DNA of 64,000 nt from an uncultured virus (IMG/VR IMGVR_UViG_3300030000_000004) (lineage: Duplodnaviria > Heunggongvirae > Uroviricota > Caudoviricetes). Both the position numbers and the translations under genes were made by a program. Position 1 is the first letter of the stretch; the number at the start of each line of letters is the position of its first letter. The notes beneath the pieces are model-generated. The model made no database searches. It saw only the letters and a list, made by a program, of their open reading frames with translations, and was not told the origin of the DNA. The DNA lies in the IMG/VR virus record IMGVR_UViG_3300030000_000004. The stretch is one strand, 5' to 3'. Below are positions 32,101 through 40,054 of the stretch, piece after piece.

Positions 32101-34609
32101 ATGATACAGTTGGTAACGTAGATGCTTTTAACCCCATCATTGGTAGGGTTATAGGCCAATTTTTAACAAGCGCAGTTGAGTCACTGAAAGTATCCTTCAA
32201 TACAACATTTTCACCACGCAATTGTTCAAAGTAACCTAACAACTTAACTACATCTGTTGGAATGATGATTCTTCCAGATGCTTCTATTGAAGCAGTTGAA
32301 GAAGTAACTGATGCAAATGATGATATGTAGGTAATAAAATCGTTGATCATGAACTGATCAACACTTGATAATGCGTTAAGATATTGATTCTCAGCAAAAT
32401 CGATTAATGTGAGAGGAGAAATATCTTTCTGAATTAACATTGATGCTAACAATGGAAAGTTACTACTGAACTCTCTTACTGTACCACCCAAGCCTGGATC
32501 AAAATCCAAGTTACGAACATTATTCACACCAAGTGAAGTACCAATAAATCCGTTTTGATTCTTTATAACACTTCTAACGTGATTCAATAAATCTCCATAA
32601 TTTATTTCAACACGAGTTTCACGTTCTAAATTCTCAAACATTCTAGATGGACATGCCCATGTACCAGTAATAATTCCATCTGCAGAATCTGCAGTTATTC
32701 CACCTGGGTAATTAACAAATACACCATCACTTTCCTTTTTAACATATCTAGGAGAAGTTTTTGCATGAATATAAAATGTGAAGTTTTCACCAATTACGAA
32801 TGGGTTAACACCATTAAGTATGGTAAATTTAATGTCATCACAAACATATTGTGTGCCAACAAATGCATTGACTAATGTTCCACTTCTAGAACCAACAACA
32901 GAAAATTCTATAGGTGAAACTGCTTTTATAGTCCATCCTTGATTATCAGCGTATTCATTTATAAAGTCAACAGTTAAAGAACCTTTGTTAGTTCCACCAT
33001 TGAAAATTATAGGCAATGTTTCTATTGCATCGATGACACCCGCCTGCCAAGTAGATTTAAGCGCACCGTTATTTTTGAAGTGAAGAAGACGACCTTCAGA
33101 ATCTTTTATCCCCATACCAAAGATGTAATCACTGTTTTCAGTAGTCTTAACACGACGTTTGATTTTTAAATCTAATGGATAGTTTTGATCCTCAACATAA
33201 TAAAAAATACCACTGGTAACCTTTGCATGTGTTCCTTCATATCTATAAAGATTGAATTGTGGGATTTGGTTAAATGAATGCTTACGTTGAACATAACCAA
33301 TACCAACAGAAGGGCTAGATGGATATCCATTTAGTGTTGAGTTGTTTAATTCTAACGTGTGATCATATTCAATAATTGGGCGCGTTGCTTGAACTGCTGA
33401 CAGGTACAATGTATCCCCGTTAACAAGTAGAGCAAAATCATCACGGTGTACCCATGCATTATATTCTTGCCAATCATTTAGTTGGCTTAAACCTGATGAA
33501 GAAGAAGTATCTAACGCGAAGTTTAGATTAACATTGAAGACCCCATAAGCCTTAAATGTTTTTCCAGAATTAACATTTCCAGATTTAACATAAACAGTTG
33601 AATTATTTTTCAATGTTGATACACTATTTGCATCAATAGCACGAGGCCATTTCGTTCCGATAGTAACAACGTAAATACCATTTTCAGATTGATTGGTTTG
33701 ATTTTTTACAAGAATCCTATTTCCTGCTTGAATACTTACACCGTCAATAGTTAAGACAGAAGATAGATTTTCAACAGCACTAACAGTTCCTTTTCCAATT
33801 GGGTTAGATGATGTGAGTGTAATGAAGATGTTACTTGTGAAATAGGTAATGTTGATATTGAACTTATCACCAGCAGAAAATGGATTTGATCCAACAATAA
33901 TGTTGAATTTTAATAAACTTTGAGTGTTATCATCGAAGACAGTTACAGTTGTAACAGATGATTCCAATAAGGATGCTAACACATTTGTACTACAGGTTAC
34001 AGCTCCAACATCACTCGTCAAAACGAAATTCTGATTAGACTGAAAAGTTAGAGTGAATGTTTCAGATGGTCTGTTATTCGCCCACAATGTCAAATTTCCA
34101 TCTGTGTTGGTCGTCGCTAAGTCTACAGGTTTCTTAATTAAATCTGTATCCTTTGGTAAACCAATAACATAAAATTCAGGTTCATCATCTGGGTTCCAAG
34201 ATGAAATAGTTCCTGACCTTTTTACCCAAAAGTAGTTTGAAAAATTGATAAATTTATCGTAATTAATAGGAAAAGAGTAATTGAATGTTTGTTCTGACAT
34301 CCATTTTTTCATATTATTCGTATCAGTATCTAGCACTTCTAAACGATTCAACATATCCTCAAATGTGAACACGTTATCTTCAGCTCCAGTTTTGAATGTA
34401 AGAGCTGGCACAAGTGCATTTACTTCTCGTGATAGAGAAGAAGCCTGAATTGCTGGATCAGAAGTGTTTTGTTTTCCTATTCTGCCATTAACCAATACAG
34501 ATTGTTCTTCGGATACAAACCTGTTGAATGTATTCGAGATGAGTGAATCTAATAAATCATTTCTGTTTACTTGAGGTAATAACTTTTTCAGATCGAGATT
34601 TTGTGTCAT
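26114..34609 (-). CDS. very large baseplate wedge / virion structural protein (2831 aa)
   Basis: Follows the gp6-like gene; DKFINFSNYFW, RPIIEY, RPNLEPWK, EYWAYK, C-terminal DIFKTS. Confidence 0.75.
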   Translation of the reverse strand: MTQNLDLKKLLPQVNRNDLLDSLISNTFNRFVSEEQSVLVNGRIGKQNTSDPAIQASSLSREVNALVPALTFKTGAEDNVFTFEDMLNRLEVLDTDTNNMKKWMSEQTFNYSFPINYDKFINFSNYFWVKRSGTISSWNPDDEPEFYVIGLPKDTDLIKKPVDLATTNTDGNLTLWANNRPSETFTLTFQSNQNFVLTSDVGAVTCSTNVLASLLESSVTTVTVFDDNTQSLLKFNIIVGSNPFSAGDKFNINITYFTSNIFITLTSSNPIGKGTVSAVENLSSVLTIDGVSIQAGNRILVKNQTNQSENGIYVVTIGTKWPRAIDANSVSTLKNNSTVYVKSGNVNSGKTFKAYGVFNVNLNFALDTSSSSGLSQLNDWQEYNAWVHRDDFALLVNGDTLYLSAVQATRPIIEYDHTLELNNSTLNGYPSSPSVGIGYVQRKHSFNQIPQFNLYRYEGTHAKVTSGIFYYVEDQNYPLDLKIKRRVKTTENSDYIFGMGIKDSEGRLLHFKNNGALKSTWQAGVIDAIETLPIIFNGGTNKGSLTVDFINEYADNQGWTIKAVSPIEFSVVGSRSGTLVNAFVGTQYVCDDIKFTILNGVNPFVIGENFTFYIHAKTSPRYVKKESDGVFVNYPGGITADSADGIITGTWACPSRMFENLERETRVEINYGDLLNHVRSVIKNQNGFIGTSLGVNNVRNLDFDPGLGGTVREFSSNFPLLASMLIQKDISPLTLIDFAENQYLNALSSVDQFMINDFITYISSFASVTSSTASIEASGRIIIPTDVVKLLGYFEQLRGENVVLKDTFSDSTALVKNWPITLPMMGLKASTLPTVSFDNELGLNVVVHHDGHISPVSSRNVNLDRKLVQTVVTRSDGTSSAGIFSESRPLLPYARQLWIKPSTLQLFTFDVYSDSTTMPEVGESGAYWFNRTGSTGELYKWDTVGLVWQTTTDAISDRWVEISTSNIRNILLLAIENKLFDSVHTHQEINQDISTSDNSSYAEIELNRFASKYGYDTYAADYDVSDAFTWNYSSSGWTSKARWFDVLKEHFTTPSTLPTCRPNLEPWKLGTVAIPASETKPSNWDSLYKSNVAANEISVDVRCVAVSSIGLLYGLQTVDGVSLVQGDRILLTNQSVPQFNGIYIISTLGWNRSADIIDSQLSVKVTGGTEYSGTLWTNTNVGTVTVGSTLISFDQVRTWKQQMWTDIKAAHPSLKLSVNIRTDELLPPFVSGSIWASNEALSTTIPIKASYPYTFGQNGPIEIVWKKSLEFTYSQCRSTFRTNPLEFLNKNWGDTYIQVGSNVRVERNLLTPLPSSKFLLHGEKLSIVNSYDSENVQLRIPNVVMTTAGTISYTVSYCGDSLTIMSKRVNGTFDSYVTVNQGEVNDQGIPYEMGETLTVSFDGTSYTYSHVAATSKVFKGFGQIFTNVLRFNYIDTELSDVTQSYRGWSIKLIHRLGAMIRPDTLSINTTQGDLPSTSYSVVLKKSSNVESKWITGLRVQLVQMGGGVQNDFGFYIPPTDANDWIFRIETYNNQHPTVERYVLDESGHFETFFALNKSHAPLAWKKFKDKTSLVTTSLPKTVTGLQNVLTFIYGYIARLEEQGWTMYSDNPTTDAETGRNVDWQLELEKLIDVVYTGMTLGDGHILNPFADRLAINTPYGLLASFNERSFIDAYSMQAAYDVTGETIPVSKLSIIRSDDGTVVYSSTPIFSAHVFIDEYEHVILMNQRFSDSISSATIFDTFLGLRLNTAYLSFIRNEQSNGKPSFNGFYLSGNDVKRNITSSVDAMENYYDASQTFYEPSTAPHALALLGYTNKSYFDALNVNNTTRFNFWRGLIQAKGTNMAIDAFVNFKKFESASTDEYWAYKLATFGDARERTFPEIKIEPADTFQKFAKFQFYSSDDSSYNELPLFTQIENSDDTRWYSIDDLGNGMKFDAEKISETLTVTSNGYYNLSNIYHNSHGVVPTVTGGATVINANLIYAPIAGTYTISGFTWNNPVKHSPIKLFDYSDNALIEEISLWHPAIGIHATAPLELVNMISDTDPAFYNYSTQTTNNTSYRTLKPWGKREVGRVFWDTSNLGYVPYYDAVIFPNIDARHARWGSLAEWASIDLYEWTESSVHPSGYDALAESEEGDSQIDVSIRASGRVALKKYYSRNRTLKIRPIAWSKSEEGFAAAHPSFGSSSDTTIWISGNTLVADIGRVSDLNIVSGRNFGGWDTINSKPVGEVVIGTDLSYFLGSSSSISVPELNSNISVASLTGGLFGTRIGPISLTRKSLTENVIRVIDNLGFYEDVDVADWVSDNLQSDNILTVKFKTFGIQIQYVRTVTGTITAASIITAITDTTNDLFIREAVVFTKLIDLSETRYINDSTDPNYSSSEYEWRTWEVPTQTMLDADLIYPNNTWLPYLGDVSEVNASAAVVAEMKKSANTLTLKNGTEITRYSSSWSNWAALSQQKYDKISDGVNLVSFVVPSDVDINRVSVYVNGIQINPSEYEIVILDQGTYVRMINKKSEGFNVTMIYRAYAPSDSDLAFDPSITDDFSIQTQYKLDYEYTQLEVRNSDGNVTGTKYYFWVQDKSISQSNKSMSLLEAKNLLKSGPSTYMIYARLINSTASYDSFAVSGLNRFVTKNDSYKLRMMRNFTLLDDPEELSLKNVHTEWVLIRKQQSSKIPSQLWDTLTDAVAGEDIGGNKLPSQTRIDYDLRNGTRSRYGFGNGRIFADSELLKVSITNTILNTKLTLNLVNKIVPDYISALNFDDSDKWFKDAATARLTMNLIWNKGRASQINEIFFDTLEDALSKNYEFSDIFKTSLITVNSVTKVTDNSTQEQMDEFY

Positions 34610-34615
34610 ATGATG

Positions 34616-34686
34616 TGCGCGTAGGCTAGTACAAAAGGAATAAGGATTATTTATTTATCCTTATTCCTAAAGTTTTGAAACGCGCA
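34616..34686 (-). promoter_or_regulatory. nested stem-loop enclosing a late-promoter-like ATAAATA
   Basis: Outer arms TGCGCGT/ACGCGCA; inner arms AGGAATAAGGAT/ATCCTTATTCCT. Confidence 0.6.
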
Positions 34687-34699
34687 TTACCTGACTATA

Positions 34700-37600
34700 T
34701 TATCTTACCTGTCTCAATACAGTAGGTGTAAGAGCATCAACAATTTCAACATCATTGATACTAGCAGCAGATTGAAGTACCTCATTAAATCCTGAATCAA
34801 TAGTGAATAAAGATCCGAATGAGTTAACTGAGTAGATAGGTACAAGAACAACAGATGCAATTTGGACTGTTAATTTTTGGTGAATGAGAGCTATCAATTC
34901 AGTAGCATAAAACTTATCACCAAACTCCCAGTTTTGAATATCAAAGAAGGTATCAATAACCGAAACAACTTCAGATTTTATACGTTCATCGGAGAACGTT
35001 GCATTAGTAGATTTTACAACCTTAAAAATCGCACGAAGTTTTTGGTCTGCTTTTTGCCCAAATAACAATTTGATAGTACCTGATTGAAGAACAACCGTAT
35101 CCGATAGCATTTTGTTAGTTAGAAGATAACCATATGAAGTTCTCAATTCTAATGGGGTTGGAGGGGTTGGAACAATATCAGAATAACCCTTTACATAGTC
35201 CATCACGTTAGTGTAATATCCTCGTGTCAACAAGAAGGCATCATGGATGTTGGTGACAGATGGGTCGATCAAGTGTGTAACAGGGCTAAAATGTTGCCAC
35301 ATAAAATCTAATTCTGCAACATTTCTTTGTCTGAGTATTTTATAGCCACCTACAGTATCTGATAAATTGGTAGCATTATTTTCAAAAGTGAATGTTCCGT
35401 AACCACTAACAGTGATGCTGTTAGACGTTGGTGTAGAATATTCTGAAGATGCTAGTGATGCGCTACTAATCGTATCAGAAGATACTGTTACAAGGAAGTA
35501 AATAAATTTACCAGTTGAGAATGATATAAATTGCAAAACATTGTCAGGTGTAGTGTCACCTGCTTGCGTAAAGTTTATGGTATCAGAAGGAAGAATTTCA
35601 ATTCTATTAAAATTGATAACACCATCCGAATCATACACGAAATCAACAACATCATAAATGTCAGCTTTTTGTAATGGATATCCATTTTCATCTAGATTAG
35701 AACGTAAGATTCGTATCTTATCAAATACTGGTTTTTTGGTAGCAGAATCAATAATTTGTGTGTTCTGGTTATACCAGAATTTCGTTGTTAGACTTTCAGC
35801 AACAACTTTTATGTCTCTGCTGTAAACAAACCAATCTTCAACTTCACCAGTGTTAACGTTTGTTGTTCTATTGATTAAAAATACCCAAGAACTACCACCA
35901 TTTGAAGGATCAAAATTGACAGACTGAACTAAAGATGGAGATGATGTAATGCCCATCGTAGAACTTGACACGATTTGCCACCAACCGTTTAGGTTAACCT
36001 TACGGGAATTAATAGAACCAAATTTTCTTATTTTGGCAGTCCATACAGAATTATGTGATACATCAACAACGAATGCATCTCCAGCAGCAAAATCAGTTGC
36101 ACCTACAGTAATCATGAAATCGATAGGAGCATTAAATGTAGACTGTGATGCCCATCTAGTTCCAATATCAAGACTATAATCTGGTAGCTTACCTCTTAAA
36201 TTACTGATCACAGTAAATGTGGTAAGATCAGATGTCATCTCAATAGTGATTACTTCTTTTTTATTTTGGTAATAAGTTAACCCTACAGCAGGAGCTGCTG
36301 TTGAATCACCGTCATATGTTGTTGAAGAAGAACTGTTTGATGGATCATAAAACGTTATGTCTCCAGAACCGATAGCTTTTAAAAATCTGTTAAACTTCAA
36401 TCCAAATGTTGGTTGACTTGCAACAGACTGCAATCCAGAACCTGTATCACCAGGTGGGTATGTATTAATTCCGTCGATAGTACGTGGGATATCTGGTGTG
36501 TAAATTTTACCATCATCTGATGGATATAGAACTGGGTCTAAAATCACCGCATGTCTAATACCGTTAATGGTGGTGTACGATACTGGTTCTCCATACCAAT
36601 GCTGATCTAATGCTGATTGAATAACAGTCTTTTCATTTAAGCTTGCTGTACCTGGAGCAACGACGCCCGTACTGTATGGGTCAACATTGTTTCCATTAAC
36701 GTCAGAATAAATCGATCTATTGTCTTCAATAAATTTACGACGAGGATAGCTTATAATGCCATCAGAATTATCGCTAGAAGCTAAAACATATGTGAGCACA
36801 TTTAACAATGCATTTGTTTGAAGCATAGGTTCTAAATAAGTATCGATTATTGTTTTTGCACTAGCTTTAGTCTGTGTGACATCAGTACTCACATCATAAA
36901 AAAGAGTCATGTCATCACCAAACAATTTCACGTTTTCATACTTACGTGATGAATCATTCCATTCAATATACTTCGGTTGACCAGCAAATGTACGGTTGAT
37001 GGTTTTCAATCGTAAAATTGTAGAATCTTTTAACATGTACGTGTTGTAATCTTGACCATTGACCATGCGATTCTGTGCATAATAAGTAGATGGTGCAGAC
37101 TGTCTGACGTGTTCAATTGTTTCAGATGCAGCATTATTTTGAATTGCTGCTGTTAATGAGAACGTTGATGAAAAGGTCTGGCTAACGTTGTTCTGATTGA
37201 CGTATGTAAATCCTAACTGCTGCCCAACAATTCTGTTTGCTGGTATAGTCAAATCCTGATTAACAGAAGATCGTGTCCAAAATTGAAAATCACCAACTGC
37301 AGTATCACTAAAGTTTCCATCACCAAATACTAAAGCAATTTTGTCATTTTCCAATGTTTCTATTTCATACTTTTTACGAGATGAAGTATCATTGTTGAAG
37401 TATACATTCTGTTCATTTAATGTATCTACCTTTGACCAACTTTCAATGATGCTATTGTTGTTGTCAACACGATAAACCCAAACGTCAGTATCATTAATGT
37501 TTGAAATGCTAATTTCAATTCTTCTATTTGCAATAGGTTCAGTAATTGAATAATCGGTTTTACTCAATGATCCTTGTTTAACAAATCCTAAGAAGCCAGT

Positions 37601-38338
37601 AAAGTTTGAACTATCACCCTTACCATCATTTGCATAAATCAATGTGAATTGTGAATTGGAATCTGGAGCTTTTTCAAATGGTCCATTTTCATCAATATCA
37701 GCTGGCACTAATTCCATTTGCACTTCTTCAGATGTTCCAGATGCAGAGAATGAAAATACCCCATTTCTAAATGATGTTAAACTATTATTGAAACTATAAA
37801 GTTGCATAGTTACATCGCCAACCTGGAATGTCTTTGCTGGTTGACCAAATTTACTAGTCATGACCTTGTTGATAACTAAAAAGAATTGTTCTTTCCAGTT
37901 TGAATTGTTAGCATCATTCCAAGTAACTGTAACGTTTGATAAGTTATTACCTAAGGAATCAAATACATCTTCTGTCGTTCTTATCGTGTTAAATTTCACC
38001 AAACCTCTAGCTGGAATATTCCTCGAAGCGGTATATGAAATAAGTTTTGCTAACTTCAACACAGACTGCTTACGTTGGGCAGTCGTTATGAAATTTTCAT
38101 GTGAAGTTATATCAATTCTATATGCTAATTGTTCTGCAATATATGCAAACAATTCCAACATAGCAATAAGCTCAGAACTTTCTATAAAGTCATTGAAGTA
38201 TTCAGTGTGGTAAATTTTAAGATACTGAAGTAAACTTTCTTTGACCGTAGAATAATCATAAGAAGTAAAATTTACTTGTGAAAAAGCGTTATATATTTTA
38301 TCCCAGCTTTCTGCACTGTAGGTGTTACGGATTGTCAT
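34700..38338 (-). CDS. gp6: baseplate wedge subunit (T4 gp6-like)
   Basis: FNDFIESSE..., ENFITTAQRKQSVLKLAKLISY, FGDGNF, ETIEHVRQSAP..YYAQNRMVNGQDY. Confidence 0.88.
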   Translation of the reverse strand: MTIRNTYSAESWDKIYNAFSQVNFTSYDYSTVKESLLQYLKIYHTEYFNDFIESSELIAMLELFAYIAEQLAYRIDITSHENFITTAQRKQSVLKLAKLISYTASRNIPARGLVKFNTIRTTEDVFDSLGNNLSNVTVTWNDANNSNWKEQFFLVINKVMTSKFGQPAKTFQVGDVTMQLYSFNNSLTSFRNGVFSFSASGTSEEVQMELVPADIDENGPFEKAPDSNSQFTLIYANDGKGDSSNFTGFLGFVKQGSLSKTDYSITEPIANRRIEISISNINDTDVWVYRVDNNNSIIESWSKVDTLNEQNVYFNNDTSSRKKYEIETLENDKIALVFGDGNFSDTAVGDFQFWTRSSVNQDLTIPANRIVGQQLGFTYVNQNNVSQTFSSTFSLTAAIQNNAASETIEHVRQSAPSTYYAQNRMVNGQDYNTYMLKDSTILRLKTINRTFAGQPKYIEWNDSSRKYENVKLFGDDMTLFYDVSTDVTQTKASAKTIIDTYLEPMLQTNALLNVLTYVLASSDNSDGIISYPRRKFIEDNRSIYSDVNGNNVDPYSTGVVAPGTASLNEKTVIQSALDQHWYGEPVSYTTINGIRHAVILDPVLYPSDDGKIYTPDIPRTIDGINTYPPGDTGSGLQSVASQPTFGLKFNRFLKAIGSGDITFYDPSNSSSSTTYDGDSTAAPAVGLTYYQNKKEVITIEMTSDLTTFTVISNLRGKLPDYSLDIGTRWASQSTFNAPIDFMITVGATDFAAGDAFVVDVSHNSVWTAKIRKFGSINSRKVNLNGWWQIVSSSTMGITSSPSLVQSVNFDPSNGGSSWVFLINRTTNVNTGEVEDWFVYSRDIKVVAESLTTKFWYNQNTQIIDSATKKPVFDKIRILRSNLDENGYPLQKADIYDVVDFVYDSDGVINFNRIEILPSDTINFTQAGDTTPDNVLQFISFSTGKFIYFLVTVSSDTISSASLASSEYSTPTSNSITVSGYGTFTFENNATNLSDTVGGYKILRQRNVAELDFMWQHFSPVTHLIDPSVTNIHDAFLLTRGYYTNVMDYVKGYSDIVPTPPTPLELRTSYGYLLTNKMLSDTVVLQSGTIKLLFGQKADQKLRAIFKVVKSTNATFSDERIKSEVVSVIDTFFDIQNWEFGDKFYATELIALIHQKLTVQIASVVLVPIYSVNSFGSLFTIDSGFNEVLQSAASINDVEIVDALTPTVLRQVR

Positions 38339-38706
38339 TGTGATGCTACCTCAATTTTAAGTACGTCTCTAACATTAAATTCAATATACAGAAGGTCAGC
38401 TAAAGCGATTATGGCATTATTGTCAGGAAGGGTTAATATGTTAAGTGATACAAGTGATACGCGTGGATCATAATTGAACACTTCATTTAAATCTTCTCTA
38501 ATTATGCTTTTGGTTATCTCATCATTTGGTTCAAAAGTCAATGTTGGAATTCTTGTGCCAAAATTAGGCATCATAACACGTTCACCTTTGATCGTGTAGA
38601 TGTGATTTAATAAATCTTGTTTGACTAACTCTATATTAGAAAGACCGAAGGTGCCCCTGCTTTTCCAATTAGCAGTTGAGAACCCTCTATAAATCTTTTT
38701 GTCCAT
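38335..38706 (-). CDS. gp25: baseplate wedge subunit (gp25 / GPW-like)
   Basis: KGERVMMPNFGT, FEP, YDPRV. Confidence 0.9.
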   Translation of the reverse strand: MDKKIYRGFSTANWKSRGTFGLSNIELVKQDLLNHIYTIKGERVMMPNFGTRIPTLTFEPNDEITKSIIREDLNEVFNYDPRVSLVSLNILTLPDNNAIIALADLLYIEFNVRDVLKIEVASQ

Positions 38707-38735
38707 TATTCAATACCTCGGCACGTTGATAAGCA

Positions 38736-38743
38736 TATTTATA
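38736..38743 (-). promoter_or_regulatory. T4-type late promoter
   Basis: TATAAATA on - upstream of gp25. Confidence 0.75.
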
Positions 38744-38780
38744 AATTTTATCGATTTGATCGAAACACATATCTGAATGA

Positions 38781-40052
38781 TTATGCTTTCCACCTCTTAT
38801 TACGTGTCTGAGATGATGTGGGTCTTGTCCAAGGTTCATGACCTGGTACAACTGATGGAGTTCCTGCAGCCCCCGCACAAGCAGCAATATCAGCAGTTCT
38901 AGCTTCAGGACCGTTCAAATCAATTCTTGAAGCAGACATTTTTGTATTGCTTCCACTCTTGTAATCAGAAGTACCAGTTGCTGTAACAGCAACATTTTGA
39001 CTAGCATTGATATCAATGTTTAAATCAGCTGAAATTTTCAATGAAGCATTACTTGACATATCAAACTTACCGCATGCTGTAATTAGAATATCACTAACTG
39101 CTTTCATGTGGATTGCTGAACCTGATTGAAGCTTTATAGATCCAGAATCAGCTTTAATATTCACTGATCCACCAGCTTCTAAATTAATGTTGCCATCAGC
39201 AAACACGTTAAAGTTTTTTCCTGATCTAAAGCTAATAGACTCAGAACCAAATACATGGATATGTCCATCCTGATCTAATTCAACCCAGCTTTTTCCTTTC
39301 GCTGTTGACATGTAAATTCGTTCATTCGTATCATCAAAAATAATCTGGTGACCTTCTGCTGTTTTAAATCTTATTCTTGCTCCTTTAGGATCATCTTGCA
39401 TTATTATTGCATTATGGCCTGGAGTAACAATACAGTATGTCTGTGGATCAAGATATGATGAATCAACTGGGCTTGTTGAGTATCCTTCTGTACCATCTTT
39501 ATCATTTTTTGCTTGAGCTACTTGTCTCTCATAAGCACCACGCGATTGAGCTTCAGATGATGATACTTTATTTTGAAATTGTTCTCTCAAATTATCATAA
39601 GCAGGTTGCAGTGGTGTAAGATTACCCTTCTCATCTCCATCATCTCCAAATGGACCTAATTTACCGTTGAAGTCAGTATTTCTACCAGCTGGTAATGATC
39701 TATTACGGTGAAGTCTTGCAGTGCTAGCAAAATAAAATCTAGCTGTAGGATCAGCATTCAAACAGAAGACCAATACTGTTGCTCCTACTTTAGGAATAGC
39801 CCAAAACCCATATGCCGCATGTGCTAGATTATTAGAGGTACCATTTCCTGCTGGATATTCAGATGTGAAGCCCATAAATGGAGAAGCATATTCAGCCCAT
39901 GGCAATAATTCAGTGTCAAAATTTTCACCGTCTAATGATGGGACCCATAACTTTACACGACCCATTTGATCTGGATCAGCATTTGATATGACCTGCCCTT
40001 CCATAATAAATGGAACAGGATCATTAAGTAAATCTGTAGTTTGAGCTGCCAT
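38781..40052 (-). CDS. gp5: baseplate central spike (gp5/VgrG-like OB fold + beta-helix; no lysozyme domain seen)
   Basis: DPDQMGRVKLWVP, YGFWAIPKVG, TAEGHQIIFDD, beta-helix repeats, VPGHEPW. Confidence 0.85.
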   Translation of the reverse strand: MAAQTTDLLNDPVPFIMEGQVISNADPDQMGRVKLWVPSLDGENFDTELLPWAEYASPFMGFTSEYPAGNGTSNNLAHAAYGFWAIPKVGATVLVFCLNADPTARFYFASTARLHRNRSLPAGRNTDFNGKLGPFGDDGDEKGNLTPLQPAYDNLREQFQNKVSSSEAQSRGAYERQVAQAKNDKDGTEGYSTSPVDSSYLDPQTYCIVTPGHNAIIMQDDPKGARIRFKTAEGHQIIFDDTNERIYMSTAKGKSWVELDQDGHIHVFGSESISFRSGKNFNVFADGNINLEAGGSVNIKADSGSIKLQSGSAIHMKAVSDILITACGKFDMSSNASLKISADLNIDINASQNVAVTATGTSDYKSGSNTKMSASRIDLNGPEARTADIAACAGAAGTPSVVPGHEPWTRPTSSQTRNKRWKA

Positions 40053-40054
40053 AA

